A stretch of 64,000 nt of DNA from an uncultured Lactobacillus sp. GTDB taxonomy: Bacteria > Bacillota > Bacilli > Lactobacillales > Lactobacillaceae. This document shows, piece after piece, positions 10,367-19,933 of the stretch. Below the pieces are notes generated by a model. The model did not search any database, was not told where the DNA came from, and was given only the letters and a program-made list of their open reading frames with translations. Numbering within the stretch: the stretch's first letter is position 1; each line of letters begins with the position of its first letter. Both the position numbers and the translations under genes were made by a program. Location of the stretch: positions 140 through 64,139 of the forward strand of contig CAMFOZ010000001.1 in the NCBI GenBank assembly GCA_945971245.1, written 5' to 3'.

Positions 10367-11065
10367 TTATTTGCCAGTACCAATATCACTAGATCCATGA
10401 GGGGCCGTTGCTGTGCCACCGTGAAGCGAAGCATCGGACGTACCATCATGAGAAGCCGTAACAAAGGTCTGACCAGGGAACACTGTGTCAAACAGCTTTG
10501 ATTTATCGAAACCATCAGCGCCCGCACGAGCAAAGGCGTAGTTCTTACCGTTGAACTTGTTGTAGTTCATGGAAGTGAACGTCAGCGTATCACTTTCACG
10601 GGTTTCGGCCGTATCAGTGTTGGTTTGAACGTTCTGAGTCGTTTCGGTAAATTCACCCATTCCGAAGCAGTAGAAAACAGATTCCAGAGTGATTGGTGAT
10701 TGAGTTTCAATAATCAAACCAGCGTAAACTGGCTTATCTTGATCAACCCAAATACCAGAATCTAGAAGCTTCCGCCCCAGGATCTTCTGTTTAACTTCTG
10801 GATTAATCAAGTTAGCAGTGATCGCAACAGATGGTGAGGAAGGTGGGTTAGTAACATCAACAACTTCATTGTTACCGGAAATCTTAACTGGGTTACCGGA
10901 AAGGTTTGAGATGTTAGCTGTCTGAGCACCTAAGTTCATGTGCGATTTATTTGTATCGATTGCATAAACACCATCGGCAGATACACCAGTGGTGGCATCG
11001 GTCAAGACGGTACCATCTTCATTTTTGATACCGACGTAGAGCATTTTGAGACCAACGTTAGCCAT
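10367..11065 (-). CDS. major tail protein
   Basis: 232-aa ORF upstream of the chaperone pair. Canonical position. Confidence 0.8.
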   Translation of the reverse strand: MANVGLKMLYVGIKNEDGTVLTDATTGVSADGVYAIDTNKSHMNLGAQTANISNLSGNPVKISGNNEVVDVTNPPSSPSVAITANLINPEVKQKILGRKLLDSGIWVDQDKPVYAGLIIETQSPITLESVFYCFGMGEFTETTQNVQTNTDTAETRESDTLTFTSMNYNKFNGKNYAFARAGADGFDKSKLFDTVFPGQTFVTASHDGTSDASLHGGTATAPHGSSDIGTGK

Positions 11066-11447
11066 CTAATTCATCCTCCTTATACGTAAATTTCAAGGTA
11101 TTTGTTATGTTTTCTGTGTCAGGGGTCATAATGTGTCCGGCATTGAGGTAGCGGCGGATATTTTGCGTATACAAAAAGGACTCAACTGATTTCTCAATTG
11201 AGTCCATATCACCCTCGAAATTGATGGGGTAATAAAACATGATTGAAAAGCGGCGAATAGTCGAAAGAATAACATCGTTCCCCATATCCCGTTGGCCATC
11301 GCCGTCTTCCGAAACGACCAAAATGGCGTTCGTATTATCGACGTTCTCGTTATCAATCTTGTATGCACAAATGTTGTCGGGAGTTACGCCCTTTAGCTTG
11401 CCTATGTTGTCAGTTAGCAGGCCAACGATCTTTGCTGTTGGTGTCAT
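11058..11447 (-). CDS. tail completion / tail terminator-like protein
   Basis: 129-aa ORF. Start and stop overlap neighbours within the head-tail joining cluster. Confidence 0.55.
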   Translation of the reverse strand: MTPTAKIVGLLTDNIGKLKGVTPDNICAYKIDNENVDNTNAILVVSEDGDGQRDMGNDVILSTIRRFSIMFYYPINFEGDMDSIEKSVESFLYTQNIRRYLNAGHIMTPDTENITNTLKFTYKEDELDG

Positions 11448-11899
11448 TAGCCTCTAACCTTGCCGTCCATAATTTGTTTGGCTTTTTGCGCCATTGCTTC
11501 GCCCATTTCTTTATCGTGATCTTTACCGATACGAGCGATAAAGTCATGCCATTCAGCATATTTTTCACCTTTAGGAGCAGTTCCATAAGGACCTCCGTGT
11601 TGGTTCTTAGGCCGCCAGCCATCATTTAACAGACGAGCAACATAAGCTTTCTTGCCTTTCTTAGAAAAGCCGATCTCGTAGCTTCCGTCATCCTTGATTT
11701 CATGAGTTAACGTGTTTGCTAAGTGTTCAGTTCCCTTTTTGTACACACGATCGCTCTTGTGACTGTCCAGGAATTGTTGCATAGCACGCTCATAAATCTT
11801 GTCGCCAGCTTTATTGATTCGCTTATGTTCCTCTAGGGTTAATCCGTCGCTGAGATCGGCCAACACTTTATCGAAATTATTATCAGTAATTTCAAGCAT
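11447..11899 (-). CDS. HK97 gp10-like head-tail joining protein
   Basis: 150-aa ORF. Position and N-terminal MLEITDNNFDKVLADL pattern are typical of the gp10 family. Confidence 0.6.
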   Translation of the reverse strand: MLEITDNNFDKVLADLSDGLTLEEHKRINKAGDKIYERAMQQFLDSHKSDRVYKKGTEHLANTLTHEIKDDGSYEIGFSKKGKKAYVARLLNDGWRPKNQHGGPYGTAPKGEKYAEWHDFIARIGKDHDKEMGEAMAQKAKQIMDGKVRG

Positions 11900-12248
11900 G
11901 ATTTACCACGCTTTTGTGGCACGTAATAAGGTCAAAACCATCAGGGGTTAAACCATCATCATAAGAGATACTATCAATCGTATAGATATTCTGGCCCCGA
12001 CGAATTAAATATTCATCGTTGACCTTATTACTGTGCCGAATAAAGAAGACGACAGCATCTTTGATGCCGGCACCAGCTAGAGTGATTTGTTGAGTTTGGT
12101 TCAACGTCCATAACCCGGCATATTTTGTAAAGTGTGGGTTAAAGCCCTTAACAGCTTTACCCGTATTAAGATTTTTCTTTCCGGTGGGTTCGTTTTTACC
12201 AAACTCAAGCTTGAAACGCATTCGAGCTGGATTGATACCTTTAGCCAT
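11892..12248 (-). CDS. head closure / head-tail adaptor protein
   Basis: ORF track 11892..12299. The likely start is ATG 12248 (MAKGINPARM...), 8 nt inside the upstream gene, with AAGGAAG upstream. Confidence 0.6.
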   Translation of the reverse strand: MAKGINPARMRFKLEFGKNEPTGKKNLNTGKAVKGFNPHFTKYAGLWTLNQTQQITLAGAGIKDAVVFFIRHSNKVNDEYLIRRGQNIYTIDSISYDDGLTPDGFDLITCHKSVVNHA

Positions 12249-12669
12249 TGTCTTCACTTCCTTTTTGACCATTCTGATCTGAACCTGCTGCACTATCATC
12301 TGCTACTTCATCAGCATCTTGATCAGGGTGATCTTTTAGCCACATCCGGTAGCGATATTCGTCCTTCAAAGAATTAATTAGTGAATATTGAACCATAGGT
12401 ACTTCAAACTCTTCCTGAGTTGAAGTCGAATCGCGGTGATTGTATAGGTGCCCTACTTCTACCAATACTGCCATCGTAAAAACGTCATTATTGTCGAAAA
12501 AGTCATCAATCTTGTCACCGACTTGGTTAATAATGTCTTGCCGTGCCGTTTTAATAAGCATTCGAATCAAAACGTCATCAAACGTATCGTCAGGGTCAAT
12601 TCGCAAGCTAGTTTTGGCCTGTGCCAAGTCGTCGCCTGTAACTGTTGTTCTTAATTCTTGAATTGACAT
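12241..12669 (-). CDS. head-tail connector (gp6-like)
   Basis: 142-aa ORF with AAGGTGGTG SD. Position follows the capsid region. Confidence 0.65.
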   Translation of the reverse strand: MSIQELRTTVTGDDLAQAKTSLRIDPDDTFDDVLIRMLIKTARQDIINQVGDKIDDFFDNNDVFTMAVLVEVGHLYNHRDSTSTQEEFEVPMVQYSLINSLKDEYRYRMWLKDHPDQDADEVADDSAAGSDQNGQKGSEDNG

Positions 12670-12692
12670 AAATAATCACCACCTTGCTATAG

Positions 12693-12836
12693 CTATTTAA
12701 CTAGCTTGAGTAAATCGACTTTGTTGGCCGTTGACGGATAAGTAATCCCGTGATTGTCGAGATAAGCTTTAATTTCAGGAATCGTCTGAGCGTCAGTTGG
12801 CTTTACGCTACCTTTTGGGTCAAACCCATCGGACAC
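12693..12836 (-). CDS. HeH/SAP-like domain ORF; frame is open up to 13031 without a canonical start
   Basis: Frame -1 relative to the capsid gene reads IVSPSGDDGKKTTPSTPTAGG...SVKPTDAQTIPEIKAYLDNHGITYPSTANKVDLLKLVK*. The only canonical start is GTG 12836. See finding. Confidence 0.45.
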   Translation of the reverse strand: MSDGFDPKGSVKPTDAQTIPEIKAYLDNHGITYPSTANKVDLLKLVK

Positions 12837-12997
12837 ATCGCTTGTTGCATCAGCAGAAGCAGACCCCGTGCTTGCTCCCGCTGATTTATTAGTGCCAGCA
12901 TTCTTACTGCCGGTGCTGGTACCGGTACTTGAATTATCCCCACCTGCTGTTGGTGTTGATGGGGTTGTCTTTTTCCCATCGTCACCTGATGGGGAAA

Positions 12998-14131
12998 CTA
13001 TTTTGACGCTACTTCTGCGATACGGAAGGCGTTAGAAAGCTTGATTTGGTGATCCATCCAAGCAGTAACAACAAAGTAGTTGATACCAGTCTTAACATCC
13101 TTATCTTGGTCGTAGAGAGTGTTGATGTCGTAGTTGTATTGACTGTATGAGAAGTCACCAACGATAGGTTTTACAGCGGCATCAGTGAATACAACTGGCT
13201 TGCCAAGCACTTGTGATGGTTGAGCACCGTAAAGGGTTGCTGAACCGTTAGCCAAAGTCCGAATGATCTTCAGGTAGTCCTTGTAGCTCATAACGATAGT
13301 TGCGTTTTCACGGTATGCTTCGTGAAGATCGGCAATAGCGTTAGTGATAGCTTCGTACAGATCAGCGCCAGATACGCTCTTGATGTTGTTTGAAGCATCG
13401 TAGAAGGACATGTGCTTTTCAGCTTCACTGGTTGGTGCAGGGTTAAAGGCTACTGAACGTTCCTTGACAGTGACACCGTTGCGCAGACCGTTTTCTACGT
13501 ATTGAGTCAAGTTAGCGTCAGAGCCCAAAAGAACAGTTTCGGACATGCCGACCATAACCTTGAACTTGTTACGAGTGAAGGCTACAGTTTCACCCTTTGC
13601 TTCAATTTCCTTGGCCGTGTCGGTGTCTTGGATGAATGAGTCATCGCCCAGAGTGAAAGTCAGCCGTGGAATTTCCAGGTTAGGGATTTGAGTAATCGTA
13701 GAAAGCTGCCGCAGTGGGTTAGTTTCATCCGGTTGAGTAATGATGTTGGTAGATACGGTCTTAGGCAGGAACTTGTTACCACCAGTAGTGTCGTTGTCGC
13801 CTAATGCTTCGTATACGTTACGACTAACAGCTTCCTTAGCCATGGTGTTACGAACCAATTCAGCAAAAGCCTTATCACGCTTTTGTTCAGGGGTTAAAGT
13901 GTTAACTTCCTTTGCAGGCTTCAGGTTCTTCTTTTCTTCGGCTTCTGCCTTTTCCATTTGCTTTTTAGCAACTTCGTAGCGTTCCTGTGCGGCATCTACT
14001 ACCTTTTGTTGTGCAGTGATGTCTTCGGTTGCTACTTGTGGGTTAGCAAGCATTTCGTTTAACTTTTCGTTAGCTTGCTTAGCTTCATCCGCCATATCCA
14101 TGGCGTTCTTTTTAATTTGATAAAAGTTCAT
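12998..14131 (-). CDS. major capsid protein (HK97 fold family)
   Basis: 377 aa. Coiled-coil delta-like N-terminus, then capsid body. Follows the ClpP-type protease. Confidence 0.9.
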   Translation of the reverse strand: MNFYQIKKNAMDMADEAKQANEKLNEMLANPQVATEDITAQQKVVDAAQERYEVAKKQMEKAEAEEKKNLKPAKEVNTLTPEQKRDKAFAELVRNTMAKEAVSRNVYEALGDNDTTGGNKFLPKTVSTNIITQPDETNPLRQLSTITQIPNLEIPRLTFTLGDDSFIQDTDTAKEIEAKGETVAFTRNKFKVMVGMSETVLLGSDANLTQYVENGLRNGVTVKERSVAFNPAPTSEAEKHMSFYDASNNIKSVSGADLYEAITNAIADLHEAYRENATIVMSYKDYLKIIRTLANGSATLYGAQPSQVLGKPVVFTDAAVKPIVGDFSYSQYNYDINTLYDQDKDVKTGINYFVVTAWMDHQIKLSNAFRIAEVASK

Positions 14132-14136
14132 CTCGG

Positions 14137-14904
14137 TTATTCCTCCTTCATATTCTTTAAGTCGAGATTTAGAGCTTCGAGGTTTGTTTGATAGCGTTGT
14201 AAGAGCTTGTCTCGCATAGCCTTGTCGCTCTCCTTGTCAGCCTTTTGCTGATCCTTATCTGGCCGAATCAGCTGTTCCGGGACGTGCTGGTAACGTTGTG
14301 CAAAGGACTTGCTAATAGAAGCCGCTGCCTTGTTTGGTTCCATAACTTCATCAGCCAGGCCATAATCAACGGCCTCCTGCGCGGTCAGCCAAGTTTCGTT
14401 GTCCATCAATTGCGTCAGGGTCTTTTCGTCTAACTTGTCACCCGCTTTAGCAAGATATGTTTGGACACTGGACTTGGTGATCTGATCAAGATCGTCAGCT
14501 TGCTTACGAAGCTCGTTCGCATTACCGACAGCCATCGTCCACGGGTTGTGGATCATCATCATGGCGTTTGAAGGCATAAAAATAGCGTCACCGCTCATTG
14601 CGATAACGCTTGCGATTGAGGCCGCTAAGCCATCAACATAGACATTGATATGGGCTGAATTTTGTTTCAGCATGTTATAGATTGCGATTCCTTCAAATAC
14701 AGAACCACCTGGAGAGTTAATATGCAGATTGATGTTCTTAACATCCCCTAGTGACTTCAAAGCATCGCGAAAACCAGCTGCTGAGGTATCGGTATCCTCG
14801 TATTCATCAGTTACGATTTCACCATCAATGAACATTTCGGGCGTGCTGGTTTTGCTTTCCTGCTTGATCGTCAGGTACTTGGGAATCATCGTTTTCTGTG
14901 CCAC
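14137..14904 (-). CDS. ClpP-family prohead protease
   Basis: INSPGGSV and MSGDAIFMPSNAMMMIHNP motifs. The likely start is GTG 14904 (SD GGTGG, 5-nt spacer) or ATG 14889, rather than the track start 14997. Confidence 0.9.
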   Translation of the reverse strand: MAQKTMIPKYLTIKQESKTSTPEMFIDGEIVTDEYEDTDTSAAGFRDALKSLGDVKNINLHINSPGGSVFEGIAIYNMLKQNSAHINVYVDGLAASIASVIAMSGDAIFMPSNAMMMIHNPWTMAVGNANELRKQADDLDQITKSSVQTYLAKAGDKLDEKTLTQLMDNETWLTAQEAVDYGLADEVMEPNKAAASISKSFAQRYQHVPEQLIRPDKDQQKADKESDKAMRDKLLQRYQTNLEALNLDLKNMKEE

Positions 14905-16162
14905 TATTTCCACCCCCTTTCGGTGCGTCGTTAGTGGTGGTTGAAGTGTTTTTACCGTTACGTTCAGCCACATCGGAATCCAGCGGATAAAGGTCACCGG
15001 TAATCCAAAGTTGGTCAGCGTTTTTGTTATCTGACGGTGGAAGTTCTTCCAACTTACGTAAGTCGTTAGAACTAGCGATCCCGTTACGAATCATCATTTG
15101 ATAGAAGTTCGTTCGAGCTGCGGTGTCACCACGAAGCAACCCATTAACGTTGAACTTAAAATAAAAGCCCCTAGCACGTTCGGAACGCGTTAAGAGCTTG
15201 CGATTAAATTCAGATTCATATTGTTTAACAATTGGCAGTAACGTCATTTGAACGAATTGAGCCATTACTTGTTCGTTCGATTTACCGTTTCCTGTATCAA
15301 GGGTCTCGTTTAGAAACGATAGCGGTACATTAAACGCAGTTGCTACTCGTGACCGAGTTACCGAGTTGGCTGATGAAAGGTCGCCCGGTTGGAACGTGCT
15401 TTCGTACCTTTCAATATCAAAACCACGTTCTTGGACAATCGCTCCACCGTTGTTATTAACCATGTTTCGGAAACTATCCAATAAAGACTTGAGCTTTTCC
15501 TGGCTAATTGAACGATCATACTTGATAATGTAGTTATCTTTCTTTTTCATTTCGTTGAGTGAAAAATCTTCGATAGCCTTTTGAAGTTTCATCGGGTCTT
15601 TCAGGACATCCAAAGGAGAGATTCCAACTACACCAGTCAGCGGCGAAATGTGCTTAACGTGGATGATTTCGGTGTTAAATACCAAAAAATGATATTCATC
15701 ACTATTCACTTCATACCAAATAGAATTGTCATCGATATTCCGTTTAACAATGATCGTTGCAGGATCAATTGGCCATAGATGAATAGGAGTCCCATTAGTG
15801 TCTCGTTCAATCCAGGCATATGCATTACCCTCGCTGTTTCGGGAAACTTCCATCTGATTAATTAATTGAAAGGCCGACATCGAAGGATTAGCTTCTGAGG
15901 AAAGTAAATCTGAGACATCAGTAGTAACTTCCTTGTAGTTCTTATATTCATGGATCGGTAAACTCGAAACAGTATTGGCCAAACGACTAATAACGCCAAA
16001 GATTTCTTCATTAGTCCGAAGCATCCCATTATGACTTCCCCAGAAGTTACTATTCTTCCAGTTGATAAATTGGAATCCTGGACCATTCCAGCCATCAGAA
16101 TTAGGGGCTTCTTGTTTAACATCCCCCGTAAAGGCAGACTTAATATTTTTCCATAGTCCCAT
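14825..16162 (-). CDS. portal protein (HK97 family)
   Basis: 445 aa, between terL and the protease. Confidence 0.9.
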   Translation of the reverse strand: MGLWKNIKSAFTGDVKQEAPNSDGWNGPGFQFINWKNSNFWGSHNGMLRTNEEIFGVISRLANTVSSLPIHEYKNYKEVTTDVSDLLSSEANPSMSAFQLINQMEVSRNSEGNAYAWIERDTNGTPIHLWPIDPATIIVKRNIDDNSIWYEVNSDEYHFLVFNTEIIHVKHISPLTGVVGISPLDVLKDPMKLQKAIEDFSLNEMKKKDNYIIKYDRSISQEKLKSLLDSFRNMVNNNGGAIVQERGFDIERYESTFQPGDLSSANSVTRSRVATAFNVPLSFLNETLDTGNGKSNEQVMAQFVQMTLLPIVKQYESEFNRKLLTRSERARGFYFKFNVNGLLRGDTAARTNFYQMMIRNGIASSNDLRKLEELPPSDNKNADQLWITGDLYPLDSDVAERNGKNTSTTTNDAPKGGGNSGTENDDSQVPDDQAGKQNQHARNVH

Positions 16163-16190
16163 CTATACACCCCCTTTCCGGCTAGACCGT

Positions 16191-16379
16191 TTATTTGTGT
16201 TTAAGCTCGTCAATTGCTTGCCAAATCATGGAAACAGTCATTGCCAGCACAATTAAAAGCGCCCAGAGGCCGTAATAAATAATTAAAGGTGAAAATACTA
16301 GCCACCACGACCACGTAATTGCGCCAGCTAGACGCGCTCCAGCAAACATTGCCGTTAGCACCATTACTAGATATTTCAT
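16191..16379 (-). CDS. small two-TM membrane protein
   Basis: 62-aa hydrophobic ORF between terL and the portal gene. Confidence 0.5.
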   Translation of the reverse strand: MKYLVMVLTAMFAGARLAGAITWSWWLVFSPLIIYYGLWALLIVLAMTVSMIWQAIDELKHK

Positions 16380-16388
16380 GTTTTCTCC

Positions 16389-17726
16389 TTAATCAAATGA
16401 GATATATGTTGAAACCGGCCCGTCATCTTCGGGTTCTACCAACATGTCGATCACTGATACATGCGCATCTAGCGCCGCCGCAAAGCCATCAATTTTACGT
16501 GATTGTGAAGTCTTAGTTGGCAACCAATTATCATTCCGGTCTTGCCGTAAATGTACGTTGTTGAGGTACCACTTAAACATTGATTGCTCATTGAATACAA
16601 CCTTGCCATCCAGCAGAAGCTCTTTGAAGTTCTGCATTGGTCCACCAAGGGTTACAAACCCTTGCCGAACCTTTTCGGTAGTAAAGCCAGCTTCTTCTAG
16701 CTCTTTATTGAGGCGCAATGCCTTAGCAGGGTCGTAATTTATTTGGACGATGTTGTATTTCTCGGCTTTTTCTCTGAACCAGTCAAGTACGTAAGAATAG
16801 TCGACATAATCTCCAGGAATAATTGTGACATCCCCATCGTGTTCCCACTTTCTAATTCGTTCAGGGTTCTTGTCACGTTCATAACGAGCGTGTGGAATCC
16901 ATGAATGTTCCAACACAAAAACGCCACCATCATCTAACGGAAACTCAAGACAAGCAGAAGTAAAGTCCTCTGTGTCCGATAGATCGTAACCACCAATGCA
17001 GTCACGGTCCATAAGCTCATTTAGATCAAAGTGACGTGTATTTTTATTTAAGATTTCGGGAGTAATGAAGCTTAATTCATCAACTTCCGAGAAGATGTTG
17101 AACCGCTTGGTTAACCAATCGGCAAAACGAGCAGGCACACGGCGGTCGTCTTTGAAGTCGCTAATCATGTCGGCCAATTGCATTAAGCCAATGTTTGGAT
17201 TGGCCTTAACCCACTTGGTTGGGTCGTTGACTTCTTCCTTATCGTCTAAGCACGCAAGGTAATAGAAGGTTCGCGTGTCAATGTCATCGTCATAATTATC
17301 AAGAGTATCGTGCCCCTGATCGACCATATCCACCAAAGGGCCGTCCAAAACGTAACCAGCAGTCGTGATATAGACGATTAATGGCTGTGTACGTGTCCCG
17401 CGAGAGTTTTTCATGACGTTGATAAGCGAGTAGTCCTGGTATTCGTGAATTTCATCGAATACAGCAAAGTGGACGTTCTCACCATCTTTGTTACTCTTTT
17501 CAGCAGACATGGCCATGATCTTACCGCCCGTCTTTGGATAGCGAATTTCACTTCGGTTAGGAACAAACCGTTCAGATAACCAAGGCGATTTTTGGATCAT
17601 GGTCCGTGAGCCTTCAAAAAGCAGACGTGATTGTTGCTGAGAATTGGCTAAAAAGTAGACGTTTGGGCCGTTTTCCCCGTCAAAGCCGGCCATATAGTCG
17701 GCTAAACCCGATTCCAACTCAGTCTT
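16389..17726 (-). CDS. terL: terminase large subunit, exon 2
   Basis: Continues ...GRKNG|KTELESGLADYMAG... after splicing. Carries the Walker B-like VFDEIHE motif and the nuclease domain. Confidence 0.9.
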   Translation of the reverse strand, partial: KTELESGLADYMAGFDGENGPNVYFLANSQQQSRLLFEGSRTMIQKSPWLSERFVPNRSEIRYPKTGGKIMAMSAEKSNKDGENVHFAVFDEIHEYQDYSLINVMKNSRGTRTQPLIVYITTAGYVLDGPLVDMVDQGHDTLDNYDDDIDTRTFYYLACLDDKEEVNDPTKWVKANPNIGLMQLADMISDFKDDRRVPARFADWLTKRFNIFSEVDELSFITPEILNKNTRHFDLNELMDRDCIGGYDLSDTEDFTSACLEFPLDDGGVFVLEHSWIPHARYERDKNPERIRKWEHDGDVTIIPGDYVDYSYVLDWFREKAEKYNIVQINYDPAKALRLNKELEEAGFTTEKVRQGFVTLGGPMQNFKELLLDGKVVFNEQSMFKWYLNNVHLRQDRNDNWLPTKTSQSRKIDGFAAALDAHVSVIDMLVEPEDDGPVSTYISFD

Positions 17727-18019
17727 CATTGTTATTAACCATAGGCTTTTTATCCTATGCTCTGGAGGTCGCCCTCATTTTCATCGGTTGGTCAATTCCA
17801 ACCCAGCTTAGCGTACATTTTCAATCGTTATGATTGCCGGACACTCTTGGGGGAGCTATATTTGTTCATCCCCTACGCGTTACAATGCTTACCAGCCTTG
17901 CGCTATCTGGTAAGTTATCTCGGTATTTTCTCGTTTTCGGTGCAAAATAAGCTGAAATTGCACCGATAAATCGAGGTTTCCACCGATTTTGCCCGATTTT
18001 AGAACGGCGAGATGAGTTT
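17727..18019 (-). ncRNA. group I intron (ORF-less, 293 nt) in terL
   Basis: 5' exon ends in U (GAACGGU) and pairs with intron GCCGUUC (nt 12-18), giving a U-G pair at the splice site. The intron ends in G. Ligation restores NGKTEL. Multiple 5-8 bp hairpins, including a GCGA tetraloop. Confidence 0.8.
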
Positions 18020-18484
18020 ACCGTTCTTACGGCCAACAAAAATCAAACTTTCACGGAAACGGCGAACGCCAGTCTTTTTGTTGACCCATCCAAACATCGA
18101 CCCGACAACAAAGTGCTGCCAGGGTTGCATAACTAAATGCTGGAAGCTCCCCTTAGTTGGGTGACACTTCTTCTCAATAAAGCGAATTGGTCGCCAGCCT
18201 TTTTCTTCGTTAAACGTCCAAGGGTAATCTGGATCAGATTCAGATCGTTTTAAGTCCTTCAAGTGACGCTCACAGGCCAGTTTTACCCATTTGCTAGCTA
18301 TAATGTCGCCATTTACCACCGATTGAGCATAAATAGTGGTCAAAAGTATGGGAGATGGCTTGTCTAGCACATGTCCAAGTGACTTTTCGTTGTCCATATA
18401 AGCATTAACCCACTTGGTTAGACCTGTATAGTCCATATCAAGTGGGTTTTGCTTTAGTAGTTTAGAAGTCGTCGTCATCATCAC
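18020..18484 (-). CDS. terL: terminase large subunit, exon 1
   Basis: 155 codons ending in Walker A VGRKNG. The unspliced frame reads KLISPF and then stops. Confidence 0.9.
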
Positions 18485-18920
18485 TCTTCTGGTCGTCCGT
18501 CATGTTGATGGCCAACGATGCACGAGCGGCTGGGTTGAGTCCAAGGTTCTTGGCGAGCTTATCTAGCTCCGCTGAGATCTGAAGCTTCATCCGCAGATCC
18601 GGATTCGGCTTGTCATCTACCCAACGCCCATTGCGTTTCAGTCGAGCATTGCATGACTTGTATTCTTTAGTTAAGTCACAATAACGGGCAATTTCATCAA
18701 TATCGGCTTCGTTAAGTAGATCTGTGTCCTTAAATAGCTTAATAATGGCCCGAAACTGCTTTTTTGACCCAGAATCGAGGTAAGCAGGCGGATCCATATG
18801 CTCAGCCGACACTTTTAATTTTTGCTCATTTTTTGCACGCCGTTTTAGTTCATCTTTTGGCTTGTGATTGTAGTTGCCATTAGCGACTAATCGCAGCACA
18901 TTTTTGGCTGTTTGTGGCAT
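18462..18920 (-). CDS. terS: terminase small subunit
   Basis: 152 aa, immediately upstream of terL and overlapping it. Acidic C-terminal tail. Confidence 0.8.
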   Translation of the reverse strand: MPQTAKNVLRLVANGNYNHKPKDELKRRAKNEQKLKVSAEHMDPPAYLDSGSKKQFRAIIKLFKDTDLLNEADIDEIARYCDLTKEYKSCNARLKRNGRWVDDKPNPDLRMKLQISAELDKLAKNLGLNPAARASLAINMTDDQKSDDDDDF

Positions 18921-19254
18921 GACGCAACCTCCTCCTTTCCTTGATATTTAGCGCTTGACGCCATGTTTAGTTGTGTTATTATGAAGTTGAAATATGAGTG
19001 TCCAAAATTAGCGGTTCTCCAGTGACGGAGGGCCGTTTTTTCGTGTGCAAAAAATTTTGAAAAACGAGTTTTTTGTGAAGTAAGGCATGGCACCGCTCCA
19101 TGGCAAAAATAATTTTATATTTTTTAGGGGCGGGGGGCTATATCTTGCAAAATTGCACACCACACAACGCTTTTTTGATGCTTTTTGGACCAGTTCCCTA
19201 CAGCCTCAAGGGATTCCACCGGGTGCATTTTTTGACCATCCACACGGCTTTATA
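18921..19254. other. candidate cos region between HNH and terS
   Basis: 334-bp non-coding gap at the position where HNH-dependent cos phages cut. Contains the G-rich run ggggcgggggg (19127-19137). Confidence 0.35.
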
Positions 19255-19590
19255 TCATGTTTCCGGGTTTGCCTTGAACGTGAAAACGTCTGATCGCTTT
19301 TCGGCTTTTAGTTTGCGTCGCTTGTCATGCAACGACATTGCCCGTTCGTTGTGTTCGGCATTGTGGCACGCTTTGCATATCGTCTCAAGGTTCGCCGGGT
19401 CGAGTCGCTTGCTATAGTCAACCCGCACCGGTGTGATGTGGTGCACTGTAGTAGCAGGCGTCACACGTCCGGCCCGCTTGCATACTTGGCACAAGTAGTG
19501 ATCACGATCTAGCACCTGCTGTCGTGCTGCTTGCCACTCTGCTGAATGGTAGAAACTATCATAGCTTTTAAAGTACCGCTTATAGCTCAC
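19255..19590 (-). CDS. HNH endonuclease (packaging-associated)
   Basis: CxxC...HHITP...N...CxxCH motif. The likely start is GTG 19590 (SD AGGAGG, 7-nt spacer); the track start is 19608. Confidence 0.85.
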   Translation of the reverse strand: MSYKRYFKSYDSFYHSAEWQAARQQVLDRDHYLCQVCKRAGRVTPATTVHHITPVRVDYSKRLDPANLETICKACHNAEHNERAMSLHDKRRKLKAEKRSDVFTFKANPET

Positions 19591-19692
19591 TAGCTCGCCT
19601 CCTAGCACCGTTATATGTCTACATGCCGTTTATCACGTATAGAGCTACTATCGCTCATATGGCCTAATAGCTAGGCTGTACAATGATCGTAT

Positions 19693-19723
19693 ACAAAAAG
19701 ACGCTACCGCCGAAACGGTAACG
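19693..19723 (-). terminator. rho-independent terminator
   Basis: Minus strand CGUUACCG-UUUCGG-CGGUAGCG followed by UCUUUUUGUAU. Confidence 0.55.
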
Positions 19724-19933
19724 CCTTAACCTTATTAACTTACACTATCAATATATCATTAGTTACACCGCTATGATTTCGCAATTATTCCGCTCTTACT
19801 GATCGGGTCATCGATTGCCATGTAATAGTTCGGCCCGCTGTCTGTCTCTGTTGTGGTGTGTTCGTTGCCTATCGTGTAGCGGCTTGCCTGTAGTCACACC
19901 TGGCAGCTGACACATGCCGGAATATGACAGCAT

